NCBI GenBank assembly: GCA_024695415.1
Contig: JAILIE010000142.1
Coordinates: 4,847-68,846 of the forward strand
Origin: Clostridiales bacterium
GTDB taxonomy: Bacteria > Bacillota > Clostridia > Christensenellales > Aristaeellaceae
Length of the DNA: 64,000 nt
Direction: 5' to 3'
In this document: positions 54,641 through 63,853 of the stretch, one piece after another
How the letters are laid out: the number at the start of each line of letters is the position of its first letter
Numbering within the stretch: position 1 is the stretch's first letter
Position numbers and translations under genes: made by a program
The notes under the pieces: model-generated
The model's input: only the letters and a program-made list of their open reading frames with translations
Databases searched by the model: none
What the model was told of the DNA's origin: nothing

Positions 54641-56563
54641 TCATTCCTTTCCCTGCGTTTCGGGTTGTTTTCCTCCTTTCAGGACAATCACCGCGTCCGG
54701 ATCGAACTTCCGGTCCATTGTATGGGCGGCCTTCCGGTTGGCAACGGTATCGAAAACAATCGAGAAATTGTAGTCCGGCGGGTAAAGCTCAGCGGCCGGG
54801 ACAAGAAGCTTCAGCCGGTTGTGGCGTACGGTCATCTTCACTCCTTGCAGCTGGATCACGACATTGCCCTCATCATCCGCGGGCCGGTATACGATCGCGT
54901 TCTTTTTGTCCGGCAGCAGCTGGACGCTGTCGCCCACGCAGAAATGTTCAAAGCTGCCTTCCGCCTTTTTCTCCAGGCGCTGCAGGCGGGTGACGGGGAT
55001 AGGCATGGCTTTGTGCCGCGCTTCCTGCGCCGCGCCCGGCCCGCGGTCCGCGACCTGCCGGGCCCTGTCCAGCAGGCCTTCATCCATGCCGAGCCTGCGG
55101 GCAATCTCAATTGCGCAGCTTTTTCCGCTTTTACCCAGTTCCAGCCGGTAAAGCGGCATCAGGGACGCACGGTCAAACGCCATCCGGGCGGAGATCACGT
55201 GTTCGGTCTGCTCTGCCCATTGTTTGATCTGTGGATCATGGGTGGTGACCAGGAAGAAACATCCGCGCCGGAGCAGTTCCTCCAGGATCGCGGCCGCCAG
55301 GCCGGAACCTTCCGCGGGGTCGGTGCCGCTGCCGAGTTCATCCAGCAGGACCAGGCTGTCCCGGCTGCATTTCCGGAGAATCCGGATGACATTGGTCATA
55401 TGGCCGGAAAAGGTGGAAAGGTTCTGGCTGATGCTCTGGCTGTCGCCGATATCGCACAGGACGCGGTCCATCATCCCGATGACGGTTCCTTCCGCGCAGG
55501 GAATGTGCAGCCCGCTCTGTGCCATCAGGGTCAGCAGGCCCACGGTTTTCAGGCAGACGGTCTTTCCGCCGGTGTTCGGCCCGGTGACAGCGATGCCGGT
55601 GTCCGGCAGGGAAAGCTCCAGGTTCAGCGGTACGCAGGCGGCACGGTCCAGCAGGGGATGCCGGGCGTCCACCAGGCGGATCCTGCGCTCCGCGGTAATC
55701 TCCGCGGGCCGGGCACCCATCTCCAGGCTCAGTTTTGCCCGGGTAAAAAGAACGTCCAGATCCGTCATGACCCGGATCGCGCTGCGCAGGGAATCCGCTT
55801 CGGAAGCGACCCGGTTGCTGAGCTCCCAGAGGACCCGGCGCTCTTCCGTATCAATATCCATCATCAGCTGATCAAGTTCCCCGCGGAGGGCCTGGACGGC
55901 GGAGGGCTCAATAAAGACAGTGGTTCCCTTGCCGGAAGCGTCGACAAGGCGTCCGGGGAATTGCGCCTGGAAGCGCTTCTGCACCGGAACGACATAACAG
56001 CCGCTGCGCCGGGTGATATAACTGTCCGCCAGCTCTTTCCGGTGGTGGAGAATGATCTGATTCAGCTTTTCACGGATGCGCTGTTCCGTATGCTCTTTCC
56101 GGCGCCGAAGATTCCGGAGCGCGGGGGAGGCGTCGTCCAGGATCGCATCCTCCCGCACCGAACGCTCGATATCTTCTTCCAGCGAGGTCAGGTCCGGCAA
56201 TTCGGTATGCCAGGAGGCAATGCCGGCACTATAGCCCTGTACGTTCTGCAGATAGCGGCACAGACGCCGGACAGCGGTACAGAAACGGGCGACTGAAGCA
56301 AGCTGCGCGGGCAGCAGCATGCCGTCCCGGAGCGCTTCGTTCAGGCCCTCTTCCGTTCCTTCTGTTTCCGCCAGCGGCGGTGTGCCGGCGCCTTCCATGA
56401 CGCGGCGCGCGGCGGTGGTTTCTTCCATCCGGGCGCGGCAAAGCCCTTCATTCATGAGCGGAGCGGTATCCGCCAGAATCCGGCGGGCCGCCCGGGAAAC
56501 GGCCTGGTCTTTCAGTTGTTCGATGATCTGATCAAAACCGAGTGATATCATATCCTGTGTCAT
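54641..56563 (-). CDS. MutS2-family ATPase paralogue lacking the SMR domain
   Basis: ILDDASPAL, DASGKGTTVFIEP, ARHPLL, TGPNTGGKT, DIGDSQSISQNLSTFSGH, LDELGSGTDPAEG, TTH. KOW-like VGDSV C-terminus; no HGxG SMR motif. AGGAG RBS before ATG 56563. Confidence 0.88.
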   Translation of the reverse strand: MTQDMISLGFDQIIEQLKDQAVSRAARRILADTAPLMNEGLCRARMEETTAARRVMEGAGTPPLAETEGTEEGLNEALRDGMLLPAQLASVARFCTAVRRLCRYLQNVQGYSAGIASWHTELPDLTSLEEDIERSVREDAILDDASPALRNLRRRKEHTEQRIREKLNQIILHHRKELADSYITRRSGCYVVPVQKRFQAQFPGRLVDASGKGTTVFIEPSAVQALRGELDQLMMDIDTEERRVLWELSNRVASEADSLRSAIRVMTDLDVLFTRAKLSLEMGARPAEITAERRIRLVDARHPLLDRAACVPLNLELSLPDTGIAVTGPNTGGKTVCLKTVGLLTLMAQSGLHIPCAEGTVIGMMDRVLCDIGDSQSISQNLSTFSGHMTNVIRILRKCSRDSLVLLDELGSGTDPAEGSGLAAAILEELLRRGCFFLVTTHDPQIKQWAEQTEHVISARMAFDRASLMPLYRLELGKSGKSCAIEIARRLGMDEGLLDRARQVADRGPGAAQEARHKAMPIPVTRLQRLEKKAEGSFEHFCVGDSVQLLPDKKNAIVYRPADDEGNVVIQLQGVKMTVRHNRLKLLVPAAELYPPDYNFSIVFDTVANRKAAHTMDRKFDPDAVIVLKGGKQPETQGKE

Positions 56564-56696
56564 GATGGTTTCTCCTGTTCGTTTCGGTATATGACATGAA
56601 CAGGAACCGGAGAAGGCGGCACAGGGAAAACGCAAACAAAAAAGTGCCCGGTTTCCGTCTGTACCGCGCCATGGCATCAGCAAACAAGCGGTCATG

Positions 56697-56720
56697 TCAC
56701 CGCTTTATTTCATTCGCCAT
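56697..56720 (-). promoter_or_regulatory. Putative leader peptide MANEIKR* in an attenuator-like 5' UTR
   Basis: GGGGA RBS, 7-codon ORF whose end lies in hairpin AAGCGGT-gacatg-ACCGCTT, followed by a weaker stem and a U6 tract. Confidence 0.5.
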
Positions 56721-56798
56721 GTTCCCCGTTACAGAACAGTCTCCAAACACACCTCGTACGCAGGATTGCCTGTTTGAATCAGGATCACTGCCAGGCAG

Positions 56799-56828
56799 AT
56801 TATAGGGGGACTGAAACGGACTTGTCAA
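56799..56828 (-). promoter_or_regulatory. Consensus sigma-A promoter for the MutS2-like gene
   Basis: TTGACA-18 bp-TATAAT. Confidence 0.8.
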
Positions 56829-56859
56829 CAGTTTCCCGGCATGAAACGAAAAAAGACGC

Positions 56860-56911
56860 TTGACAAGTCACAATTCCCCGCCTATAATAATTGCGCACAA
56901 GTAAATTGTGC
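56860..56911 (+). promoter_or_regulatory. Consensus sigma-A promoter plus OhrR-type operator
   Basis: TTGACA-17 bp-TATAAT, then dyad GCACAAGT-A-AATTGTGC, similar to the OhrR box TACAATT-N-AATTGTA. Confidence 0.8.
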
Positions 56912-56944
56912 AAGATCATGTAGCATTCGGGAGATGAGACGGAG

Positions 56945-57406
56945 ATGGAAGCAAAGAACCTGACCTATGAAAGCGTTAAGCTGTGCAACCAGGTCTGTTT
57001 TCCATTGTATGCCTGCTCCAAGGAAATGATCCGGCAGTACGGGCCGCTCCTGAAGGAAATGGACCTGACCTATACGCAGTATCTGGTGATGATGGTCCTG
57101 TGGGAAAGGCAGACGGTATCCTCCCGGGAGCTGTCAGAGTGCGTTCACCTGGATTACGGCACCCTGACGCCTGTGCTGAAACGGCTGGAGCATGCCGGCT
57201 ACATTCAGCGGACACGTTCGCCCGAGGACGAGCGCCTGCTGACGCTGACACTGACCGAGTCCGGAAAAAGCCTGCGGGACCAGGCAGTTTCCATTCCCCC
57301 CGCCATCGCGGAATGCATGGGACTGACCCCGGAGGAATTCCAGGCCCTGTATGCGCTGACGTACAAAGCGCTTCGCCACATGGAAGAAAACAATACCATC
57401 AAATAA
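56945..57406 (+). CDS. ohrR: MarR-family regulator, OhrR-like
   Basis: QVCFPLYACS sensing Cys, LTYTQYLVMMVLWE, TLTPVLKRLE, DER. Confidence 0.8.
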   Translation: MEAKNLTYESVKLCNQVCFPLYACSKEMIRQYGPLLKEMDLTYTQYLVMMVLWERQTVSSRELSECVHLDYGTLTPVLKRLEHAGYIQRTRSPEDERLLTLTLTESGKSLRDQAVSIPPAIAECMGLTPEEFQALYALTYKALRHMEENNTIK

Positions 57407-57423
57407 AAACGGAGGGAAAAACG

Positions 57424-57969
57424 ATGAAAAACGTGTATGATTTCACAGTGAAGGACAGGACGGGAAACGAAGTGAGCCTCGGCGATTACACCGGGAAGGT
57501 GCTGCTGATCGTCAACACGGCTACCGGCTGCGGCTTCACCCCGCATTATGACCCCCTGGAGGCGATGTATAAGGAATTCCGGGACCGGGGATTCGAAATC
57601 CTGGATTTTCCCTGCAATCAGTTCGCGAACCAGGCCCCCGGTTCGGAGGATGAGATCCATGAATTCTGCACGCTGAAATTCGGCACGGAGTTTCCGCAGT
57701 TCGCCAAGATCGATGTCAACGGAGAGGACGCTGACCCGCTGTTCGCGTATCTGGCGACCGAAAAGCCGTTCGCCGGTTTCGGAAAAGGCCTGAAGAACGC
57801 CGCGCTGAACAAATTCGCGGATATGAACAACCGGAAATTCGGCGAGAAGGCGTACATCAAATGGAATTTCACGAAGTTCCTTGTCAACCGGAACGGCGAA
57901 GTCGTCGCGCGCTTTGAGCCCACGACCGATATGGAGGAAGTCCGGGAGGCTGTCGCTGCCGCGCTGTAA
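57424..57969 (+). CDS. gpx: Glutathione peroxidase family (Cys type)
   Basis: VNTATGCGFTP, FPCNQF, KIDVNG, WNFTKFLV. GGAGG RBS. Confidence 0.92.
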   Translation: MKNVYDFTVKDRTGNEVSLGDYTGKVLLIVNTATGCGFTPHYDPLEAMYKEFRDRGFEILDFPCNQFANQAPGSEDEIHEFCTLKFGTEFPQFAKIDVNGEDADPLFAYLATEKPFAGFGKGLKNAALNKFADMNNRKFGEKAYIKWNFTKFLVNRNGEVVARFEPTTDMEEVREAVAAAL

Positions 57970-58181
57970 AAGAACGCGGATGTGCCATGAACGGTTACAG
58001 GCGATTGCGGTATATCTTCACGGCCGGGAATCGTATATGATCCTTTCGCAAGGGGAGCGGGAAAAGTGTCAGTCCCGCAGGCGGTGAGGCAAAGCCGGAA
58101 GGAACCCGGACGGGTCCGTCGGAACGGACGGGAGATCTGCTCTGTAGATTTTCCCGGAAAGAATACGGAAGGAGCAACCCC

Positions 58182-58928
58182 ATGGGATACCGAAACGCGC
58201 AGGACATTTTCCCGGAAGGGCTTTTGCGGCAGATCCAGCGTTATGTGGCCGGTGAGACGATCTATATTCCGGCCGGGGACGAGCGGAAAGCCTGGGGTGA
58301 AACATCCGGATACCAGCGCTATATCCGGGAAAGAAACGGGGAAATCCGAGCGGCTTTCGCGGACGGCCGGACGATTGAGGAACTGATGGAAAAATACGCG
58401 CTCTCCTACGATTCCATCAAACGGATCGTATACAACAGAAAGGAGACCGCTATGCTGAAATACGGCGCAACCCTGTCCGCCGCGAAAGCCTATGCCGAAG
58501 CGGGGAAACTGGATGCCTGGATCCATCTGTACCTGAATGAGGAAGGACGGAATATTCCCTTCTCGGACGGCCTGAAGCTCTTTGACCGGTATTATATCAG
58601 CCCGGCGCTGTTTCCGGTCAGTTTATTCAGACGCTGCACCGGACCGGAACCGGAGATGAAATACCGGATCGACCGGGACTGGTGGGATCATCGCATCCGG
58701 GAACTGGAGAAGGCTATTCCGGAAAACGGCGATCTGCCCCCGCTGATCGTCCATTATGTCGACGGGGAGTTCGAACTGAACGACGGAAACCATCGCCATC
58801 AGGCATATGAGAACCTGGGGATCGAGAAGGCCTGGGTCATCATCTGGATTACAGAGAAGGAAGAACTGGACGACTTCATGGAGAAATACGGCAGTTATGT
58901 CAGTGACTGCCGGATCATCCGGAGATAA
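58182..58928 (+). CDS. Fusion of a CD3324/Mor-like HTH domain and a ParB/Srx-like domain
   Basis: N-terminus YxNAxDIFPxxLLxxIQxYVxGxxIYIP...WG...RNxxI...LSxxSIKRI. C-terminus PPLIV...LNDGNHR. Internal RBS AGAAAGGAG before in-frame ATG 58452. Confidence 0.75.
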   Translation: MGYRNAQDIFPEGLLRQIQRYVAGETIYIPAGDERKAWGETSGYQRYIRERNGEIRAAFADGRTIEELMEKYALSYDSIKRIVYNRKETAMLKYGATLSAAKAYAEAGKLDAWIHLYLNEEGRNIPFSDGLKLFDRYYISPALFPVSLFRRCTGPEPEMKYRIDRDWWDHRIRELEKAIPENGDLPPLIVHYVDGEFELNDGNHRHQAYENLGIEKAWVIIWITEKEELDDFMEKYGSYVSDCRIIRR

Positions 58929-58943
58929 GGCGGTGAAAGCGAT

Positions 58944-59456
58944 ATGAAACTGTTTATTATTTCCGGCACCTGCGGGGCGGGCAAGTCCACCGTGAAGGAT
59001 AAACTGGCGGCCATCCTCGATCCGGAACGGTACGCGTGTGTCGACTCGGATGAGACGGGGCTGAACTGGTGGGATTACGCCGGAACAGACCGTGAAACCC
59101 AGTACGGCGCGGATACCCTGAAGGCCGCCTTCCGGATGGCCGGCAAAAGGGATCTGGTCTTTGTCACCTGCATGGTACCGCAGGATTACATGACAAAAAC
59201 AACGGTGCCGGAAGAACTGGAGGCAACGTATTACATCGCGCTGTGGGCACCGGACGGGGTGATTGAGCAGCGCCTGCGCGCCCGGCCGAAGGAGCGGGGA
59301 TTCACTTCGGACGAGGTGATCCGGCCGCACATTGAGTACAATCAATGGATCGGAAGGAACCGGGGCAAGTACCAGCTGTTCATCAGCAACGAAGCGCAGA
59401 GCGAGGAAGAGACCGCAAGGATCATTATGGAATATATCCAGGCCCTGGGGAAATAA
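58944..59456 (+). CDS. Small P-loop kinase (AAA_33/nucleoside-kinase-like)
   Basis: ISGTCGAGKST, VDSD, lid motif RLRAR. Confidence 0.8.
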   Translation: MKLFIISGTCGAGKSTVKDKLAAILDPERYACVDSDETGLNWWDYAGTDRETQYGADTLKAAFRMAGKRDLVFVTCMVPQDYMTKTTVPEELEATYYIALWAPDGVIEQRLRARPKERGFTSDEVIRPHIEYNQWIGRNRGKYQLFISNEAQSEEETARIIMEYIQALGK

Positions 59457-59465
59457 GTCCGGACG

Positions 59466-59500
59466 GATTCCGGATATTTCAGAAGTATCCGGAATCTTTC
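59466..59500 (+). terminator. Hairpin after the kinase gene
   Basis: GATTCCGGATA-tttcagaag-TATCCGGAATC followed by TTT. Confidence 0.55.
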
Positions 59501-59557
59501 CGCGTTCTGCCGGAGGGAACCGGAAAACAGACGGAGTGAAGCATCGGGGGTGTTGAT

Positions 59558-60556
59558 TTGGACCACGGGAAAATCATGAAGCGCTGCTATGAACTGGCAG
59601 TCCAGGCAGGAAAGAAGGGATTTGATACCTTCGGCGCCGTGCTGGTTCATGACGGGGAGATCCTGGAGGAAGCGGAGAACACGGCGGACTGGGAAAAGGG
59701 GATCTTCGGCCATGCGGAGTTCAACCTGGTCCACAAGTGCGCAAACCGTTACCCCGACGCCGTTCTGAAGGAATCGACGCTGTATACCAGCTGCGCGCCC
59801 TGCGAACGCTGCCTTTGCGCAATCGCGTCACTGGGTGTGGAGAATGTCGTCTTCGGCGTCTCATATGAAGCTTTTTCGCAGCTGACTCCCGGTGACGCGC
59901 TTCCGCTGGACAGGGAGGGCCTGCTGGGGAAACTCGGCATCCGGATGAAACTGAGCGGCCCTGTACTGGAAGACGAAGGAATGCATGTTTTTGAATGGTG
60001 GGGCGGAGAGTACCGGCCGCTGGAGGACCTGATCGCGGAAATGGCGGAAATCAAAGCCGCGGATAAAACCAGGGAAGGGCAGGTACTCCTTCGCTTCGCG
60101 GAGGAAAAAGACCTGCCGGAAGTCATCCGGACATGGCCTTCGGATCACCGGCCTGTACCGGAGGAAGAGGCGCGCGGCGCGATCTCCTATATGCGTGACA
60201 GCCGCGCGAAAAACAAAAAGGGATCTATCAGCCATCTCTGCCTGGCAGTCTGCAGGACGGATGATCCGGATACAATCATGGGCTGGTGCGGACTGGACGG
60301 CCGGAGAAACCATACGGAACCGGAAATCTTTATCCTGCTGGATGAAGAATACCGCAACAGGGGATACGGTACACAATGCGTGAAAGAACTGCTGCGGATG
60401 GCCGCGGAGGATTATGACCTTTCCAGCGTGCACGGGGGATGCGACAAGGACAATACCGCTTCCCGACGGGCCATGGAAAAGGGCGGAATGGTTCAGTACG
60501 GCACGGAAGACAACGGGGATCCGCTGTTCCGGTTTACCGCAAAAAAGAAAGGCTGA
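59558..60556 (+). CDS. Zn-dependent nucleoside/nucleobase deaminase fused to a GNAT (RimJ/RimL-like) domain
   Basis: FGAVLV, GHAE, APCERC. C-terminal EYRNRGYG and NTASRRAMEKGG. TTG start. Confidence 0.82.
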   Translation: MDHGKIMKRCYELAVQAGKKGFDTFGAVLVHDGEILEEAENTADWEKGIFGHAEFNLVHKCANRYPDAVLKESTLYTSCAPCERCLCAIASLGVENVVFGVSYEAFSQLTPGDALPLDREGLLGKLGIRMKLSGPVLEDEGMHVFEWWGGEYRPLEDLIAEMAEIKAADKTREGQVLLRFAEEKDLPEVIRTWPSDHRPVPEEEARGAISYMRDSRAKNKKGSISHLCLAVCRTDDPDTIMGWCGLDGRRNHTEPEIFILLDEEYRNRGYGTQCVKELLRMAAEDYDLSSVHGGCDKDNTASRRAMEKGGMVQYGTEDNGDPLFRFTAKKKG

Positions 60557-60751
60557 CGATGCCTGCCGAAGCATCTGTGACGGCCGGGCAAGCCCTATAG
60601 TAACAGTGAAAACCTGATTGATCCGCCACGGGATACCCCGTGGCGTTTTGAATTCCGGCCATGCGCGGAACATGCGGAGGCGGGACGAAGCGGGATTCAT
60701 AACTCATACCGACAGTAGATTTAATAATTTCCTGACAGTACGAATTGTATG

Positions 60752-60780
60752 TTCACTTTCCCGCGCCCTTCCGATATAAT
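60752..60780 (+). promoter_or_regulatory. Sigma-A-like promoter
   Basis: TTCACT-17 bp-TATAAT upstream of the XRE gene. Confidence 0.55.
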
Positions 60781-60809
60781 CATCTTCAGAAACGGGAGGA
60801 GGCCGAACG

Positions 60810-61895
60810 ATGGAGATGAAACTGGCGGAGAATATCCGCAGATTCCGCAAGGAACGGAAACTGACGCAGGAGCAGCTTTCAGAGGCGCTGGGAGTGACGC
60901 CCGGAGCGGTATACAAATGGGAAGCGAAACTGTCGGTGCCGGAACTGAACCTGATCATGGAGATGGCGGATTTTTTCGATACCTCCGTAGACGTCCTGCT
61001 GGGGTATGAAATGAAAGACAACCGCCTTGAAATGACTGTAAAGCGCTTGCAGGAATATCGCCGGGAGAAGGATCCGGAAGGCCTCGCGGAAGCGGAAAAG
61101 GCGCTGAAAAAATACCCGAACTCTTTCGCGGTAATCCAGGAGTGCGCACAGATGTTCGCCTGTTTCGGGTGCGAAATCCATCACAGGGATCATCTGCTCC
61201 GCGCGCTGGGACTGCTGGAAAAGTGCCGCCTGCTGCTGGAGCAGAACACCGACCCGAGGATCAGTGAACAGACGCTTTTCGGAGAAATGGCAACCGTCTA
61301 TCTGGGCCTGGATGAAACGGACAAGGCGATTGAGCTGATGAAAGCGCATAACTCAGGCGGAATGTTCAATCACAGAATCGGCTTCAGCCTGACCCAGAAG
61401 GAGAAAACGGAGGAAGCGGTCCCGTTTCTGTCGGAAGCCCTGGCGAACATGGTGATCGAACTGATCTACATTATCCTGGGATATATCAACGTCTTCTTTG
61501 AACGGAAAGACTATGCTTCCGCTGAAGCTATCCTGCGCTGCGGAACAACATTCCTGCTGGGACTGCGAAAGGAAGGCAGGGCCAATTATCTGGACAAGAT
61601 CAACAGCGGACTGCTTGCCGCCCTGGCCGGCGCGCAGTTCCTGTCCGGACGGAAGAAAGAAGCACGGGCTTCCCTGGAACAGGCCCGTGATCTCGCAGCA
61701 TTTTTTGACGCTTCCCCGAGCTATGACGAAAGCGATATCCGCTTTATCACCCGAATTGAAGGGGCCGGCGCCTATGACGACATCGGAGCGACCGCGCTGG
61801 ATGTAGTCAATAAAGTGGTAAGCGGCGTGGAGAATGAATCCTTTGCCGCACTGTGGGAATCCATCCGGAATAAGGAGAAAGAAAGCAATGAATAA
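60810..61895 (+). CDS. XRE-family HTH regulator with TPR-like helical C-terminus
   Basis: LTQEQLSEALGVTPGAVYKWE...FDTSVDVLLG, followed by helical repeats. Confidence 0.85.
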   Translation: MEMKLAENIRRFRKERKLTQEQLSEALGVTPGAVYKWEAKLSVPELNLIMEMADFFDTSVDVLLGYEMKDNRLEMTVKRLQEYRREKDPEGLAEAEKALKKYPNSFAVIQECAQMFACFGCEIHHRDHLLRALGLLEKCRLLLEQNTDPRISEQTLFGEMATVYLGLDETDKAIELMKAHNSGGMFNHRIGFSLTQKEKTEEAVPFLSEALANMVIELIYIILGYINVFFERKDYASAEAILRCGTTFLLGLRKEGRANYLDKINSGLLAALAGAQFLSGRKKEARASLEQARDLAAFFDASPSYDESDIRFITRIEGAGAYDDIGATALDVVNKVVSGVENESFAALWESIRNKEKESNE

Positions 61896-63615
61896 AAAAG
61901 AACCGCAGGCGCTGAGACGCCCTTTTATCAAAGAACTGTTCCGAAACAACCGGTTCAACCTTGCGATGACCGTGCTGGCCGCCCTGCTTGGCGCTGCGGC
62001 GCAGCTGGTGATTTCGTGGCTGATCAAGGAGGTTGCCGATCTGATCTCCGGCGACAGTTTATACAGCTTTGGTACGCTTCTGCTGATTGCGGGAGGAGGC
62101 TTCGCGCTTTTCGCCCTGGCATGGATGCTCGACCGGGTATTCCTTTCCGAATTCCGGGCCAAAGCAATGAAACAGTACCGGGAATACGTCTTCGACCGGC
62201 TGATGGAGAAAGGCATCCAGGCCTTCTCCGGGGAGAATACTTCGCTTTACATTTCCGCCCTGTCCAACGACGTGAACACGATTGAGCAGGATTTCGTCGG
62301 AAAGCTGCAGAGCACGATCCAGGTCGGCATTACGTTTGTCGGCGCGCTGGGCATGATGCTCTGGTACAGCCCTCTTCTGACGCTGATCGCGATCGGTTTT
62401 TCCCTGATTCCCATCCTCGTCTCCGTCGTGCTCGGCGATAAAGCGGCAAAAGCGGAAAAGAACCTTTCCGATCAGAAGGAAAGCTACACCGGTATCCTGA
62501 AGGACGCGCTCGCGGGCTTTCCGGTCATTAAAAGCTTCAAGGCGGAGCAAAGCATTACCCGCCTGCATGGCCGCAGCAGTGAAAGCGTCGCGGACGCGTC
62601 CAGGAAACGTACACGCGTCAACGTGATGGTCGGTTATTCCTCCGGTATTGCCGGGGCGGTCCTGCAGTTCGGCGTATTCTTTGTGGCTGCCGCGCTGGCC
62701 CTTTCCGGCAAGGGAATTACCGCCGGTACCGCCATCGTTTTCGTGCAGCTTCTGAACTATGTCCTGGGCCCCATCCAGACATTCCCGGTATTCTTCGCGG
62801 GGATGAAAGCCTCCTTCAGCCTGATCGACAAACTGGCGGAAGCGCTCCGGAAAAACGTGCCGGACGAAGGGGAAACGGTGGCTCCGGACCTGACCTCCGG
62901 TATTTCAATCCGGGACCTCAGCTTTGCCTATGAGGAAGGGAAAAGCGTACTGAACGACATCGATATGGAGATGAAAGCCGGCGGATGCTACGCGCTTGTC
63001 GGCGGATCCGGCAGCGGCAAGTCCACCATCCTGAACCTGCTGATGGCTTCCTCCAGGGATTACCGGGGCGAGATCCTTTACGACGGAAAAGAACTGAAGA
63101 CCGTTTCCGCTTCTTCCCTTTATGAACTCGTCTCGATCATTCAGCAGAATGTATTTGTTTTCAACAGCACGATCCGCAACAATATCACGATGTTCTCCGA
63201 TTTCCCCGAAGAGGAAATTGAACGCGCGATCCGCCTGTCAGGTCTCTCCGGACTGATCCGGGAGAAGGGCGAGGACTACCTGTGCGGTGAAAACGGCTCC
63301 GGGCTCTCCGGCGGTGAGCGCCAAAGGATTTCCATCGCCAGGGCGCTTCTCCGGAAGACGCCTGTGCTTTTCGTGGATGAAGCCACAGCGTCCCTGGATG
63401 CCGAAACCTCCTTTGAGGTGCTGGACGCGATCCTGAAGCTCGACGGTTATACCCGTATCATTGTGACCCACGACCTGGATGAAAGCATCCTGCGCCGCTG
63501 CACCGGGCTGTTTGCCCTGAAAAACGGCGTGGTATCGGAACAGGGAAGCTTCAGCGAGCTGATGGAACAAAAAGGCTATTTCTACTCCCTGTATACGGTC
63601 GCGCAGGGAGCGTGA
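61888..63615 (+). CDS. ABC exporter, fused permease/ATPase
   Basis: TM domain, GGSGSGKS, LSGGERQR, VDEATAS, VTHDL. Overlaps the XRE stop. Confidence 0.92.
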   Translation: MNKKEPQALRRPFIKELFRNNRFNLAMTVLAALLGAAAQLVISWLIKEVADLISGDSLYSFGTLLLIAGGGFALFALAWMLDRVFLSEFRAKAMKQYREYVFDRLMEKGIQAFSGENTSLYISALSNDVNTIEQDFVGKLQSTIQVGITFVGALGMMLWYSPLLTLIAIGFSLIPILVSVVLGDKAAKAEKNLSDQKESYTGILKDALAGFPVIKSFKAEQSITRLHGRSSESVADASRKRTRVNVMVGYSSGIAGAVLQFGVFFVAAALALSGKGITAGTAIVFVQLLNYVLGPIQTFPVFFAGMKASFSLIDKLAEALRKNVPDEGETVAPDLTSGISIRDLSFAYEEGKSVLNDIDMEMKAGGCYALVGGSGSGKSTILNLLMASSRDYRGEILYDGKELKTVSASSLYELVSIIQQNVFVFNSTIRNNITMFSDFPEEEIERAIRLSGLSGLIREKGEDYLCGENGSGLSGGERQRISIARALLRKTPVLFVDEATASLDAETSFEVLDAILKLDGYTRIIVTHDLDESILRRCTGLFALKNGVVSEQGSFSELMEQKGYFYSLYTVAQGA

Positions 63616-63619
63616 CACA

Positions 63620-63655
63620 AATCCGGGCAGTGGATGCTGCCCGGATTCTCTTTCT
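63620..63655 (+). terminator. Intrinsic terminator
   Basis: AATCCGGGCAG-tggatg-CTGCCCGGATT followed by CTCTTTCTGTT. Confidence 0.75.
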
Positions 63656-63853
63656 GTTGTAGTCTGAAGCCGGAAATACGGCGATAAAGAAAAAAGGGAA
63701 TACCGACGGCAAACGGCGCAATGGCCGCGTATACCGGAGAAAGACGCAGGGATACTGAAACCGGAAAGGGCGGGAATAAAATAACAGTTTATACCATCAT
63801 GGATCCATTCAATTCCGCTATGGCCATTTCACAATGGTTCAGCGGAAACAGAA

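Noticed and set aside
58075-58160. Possible c-di-GMP-I riboswitch (GGCAAAGCCGGAAGG...) upstream of the CD3324-ParB gene
   Set aside because: Lacks the GNRA-capped P2 stem and the second GCAAA element. Hairpins are present but not diagnostic; a covariance-model search would be needed.
58182-58928. Chromosome or plasmid partition system
   Set aside because: No ParA and no parS-like repeats seen, and the adjacent P-loop protein is a small kinase type rather than a deviant Walker A ATPase.
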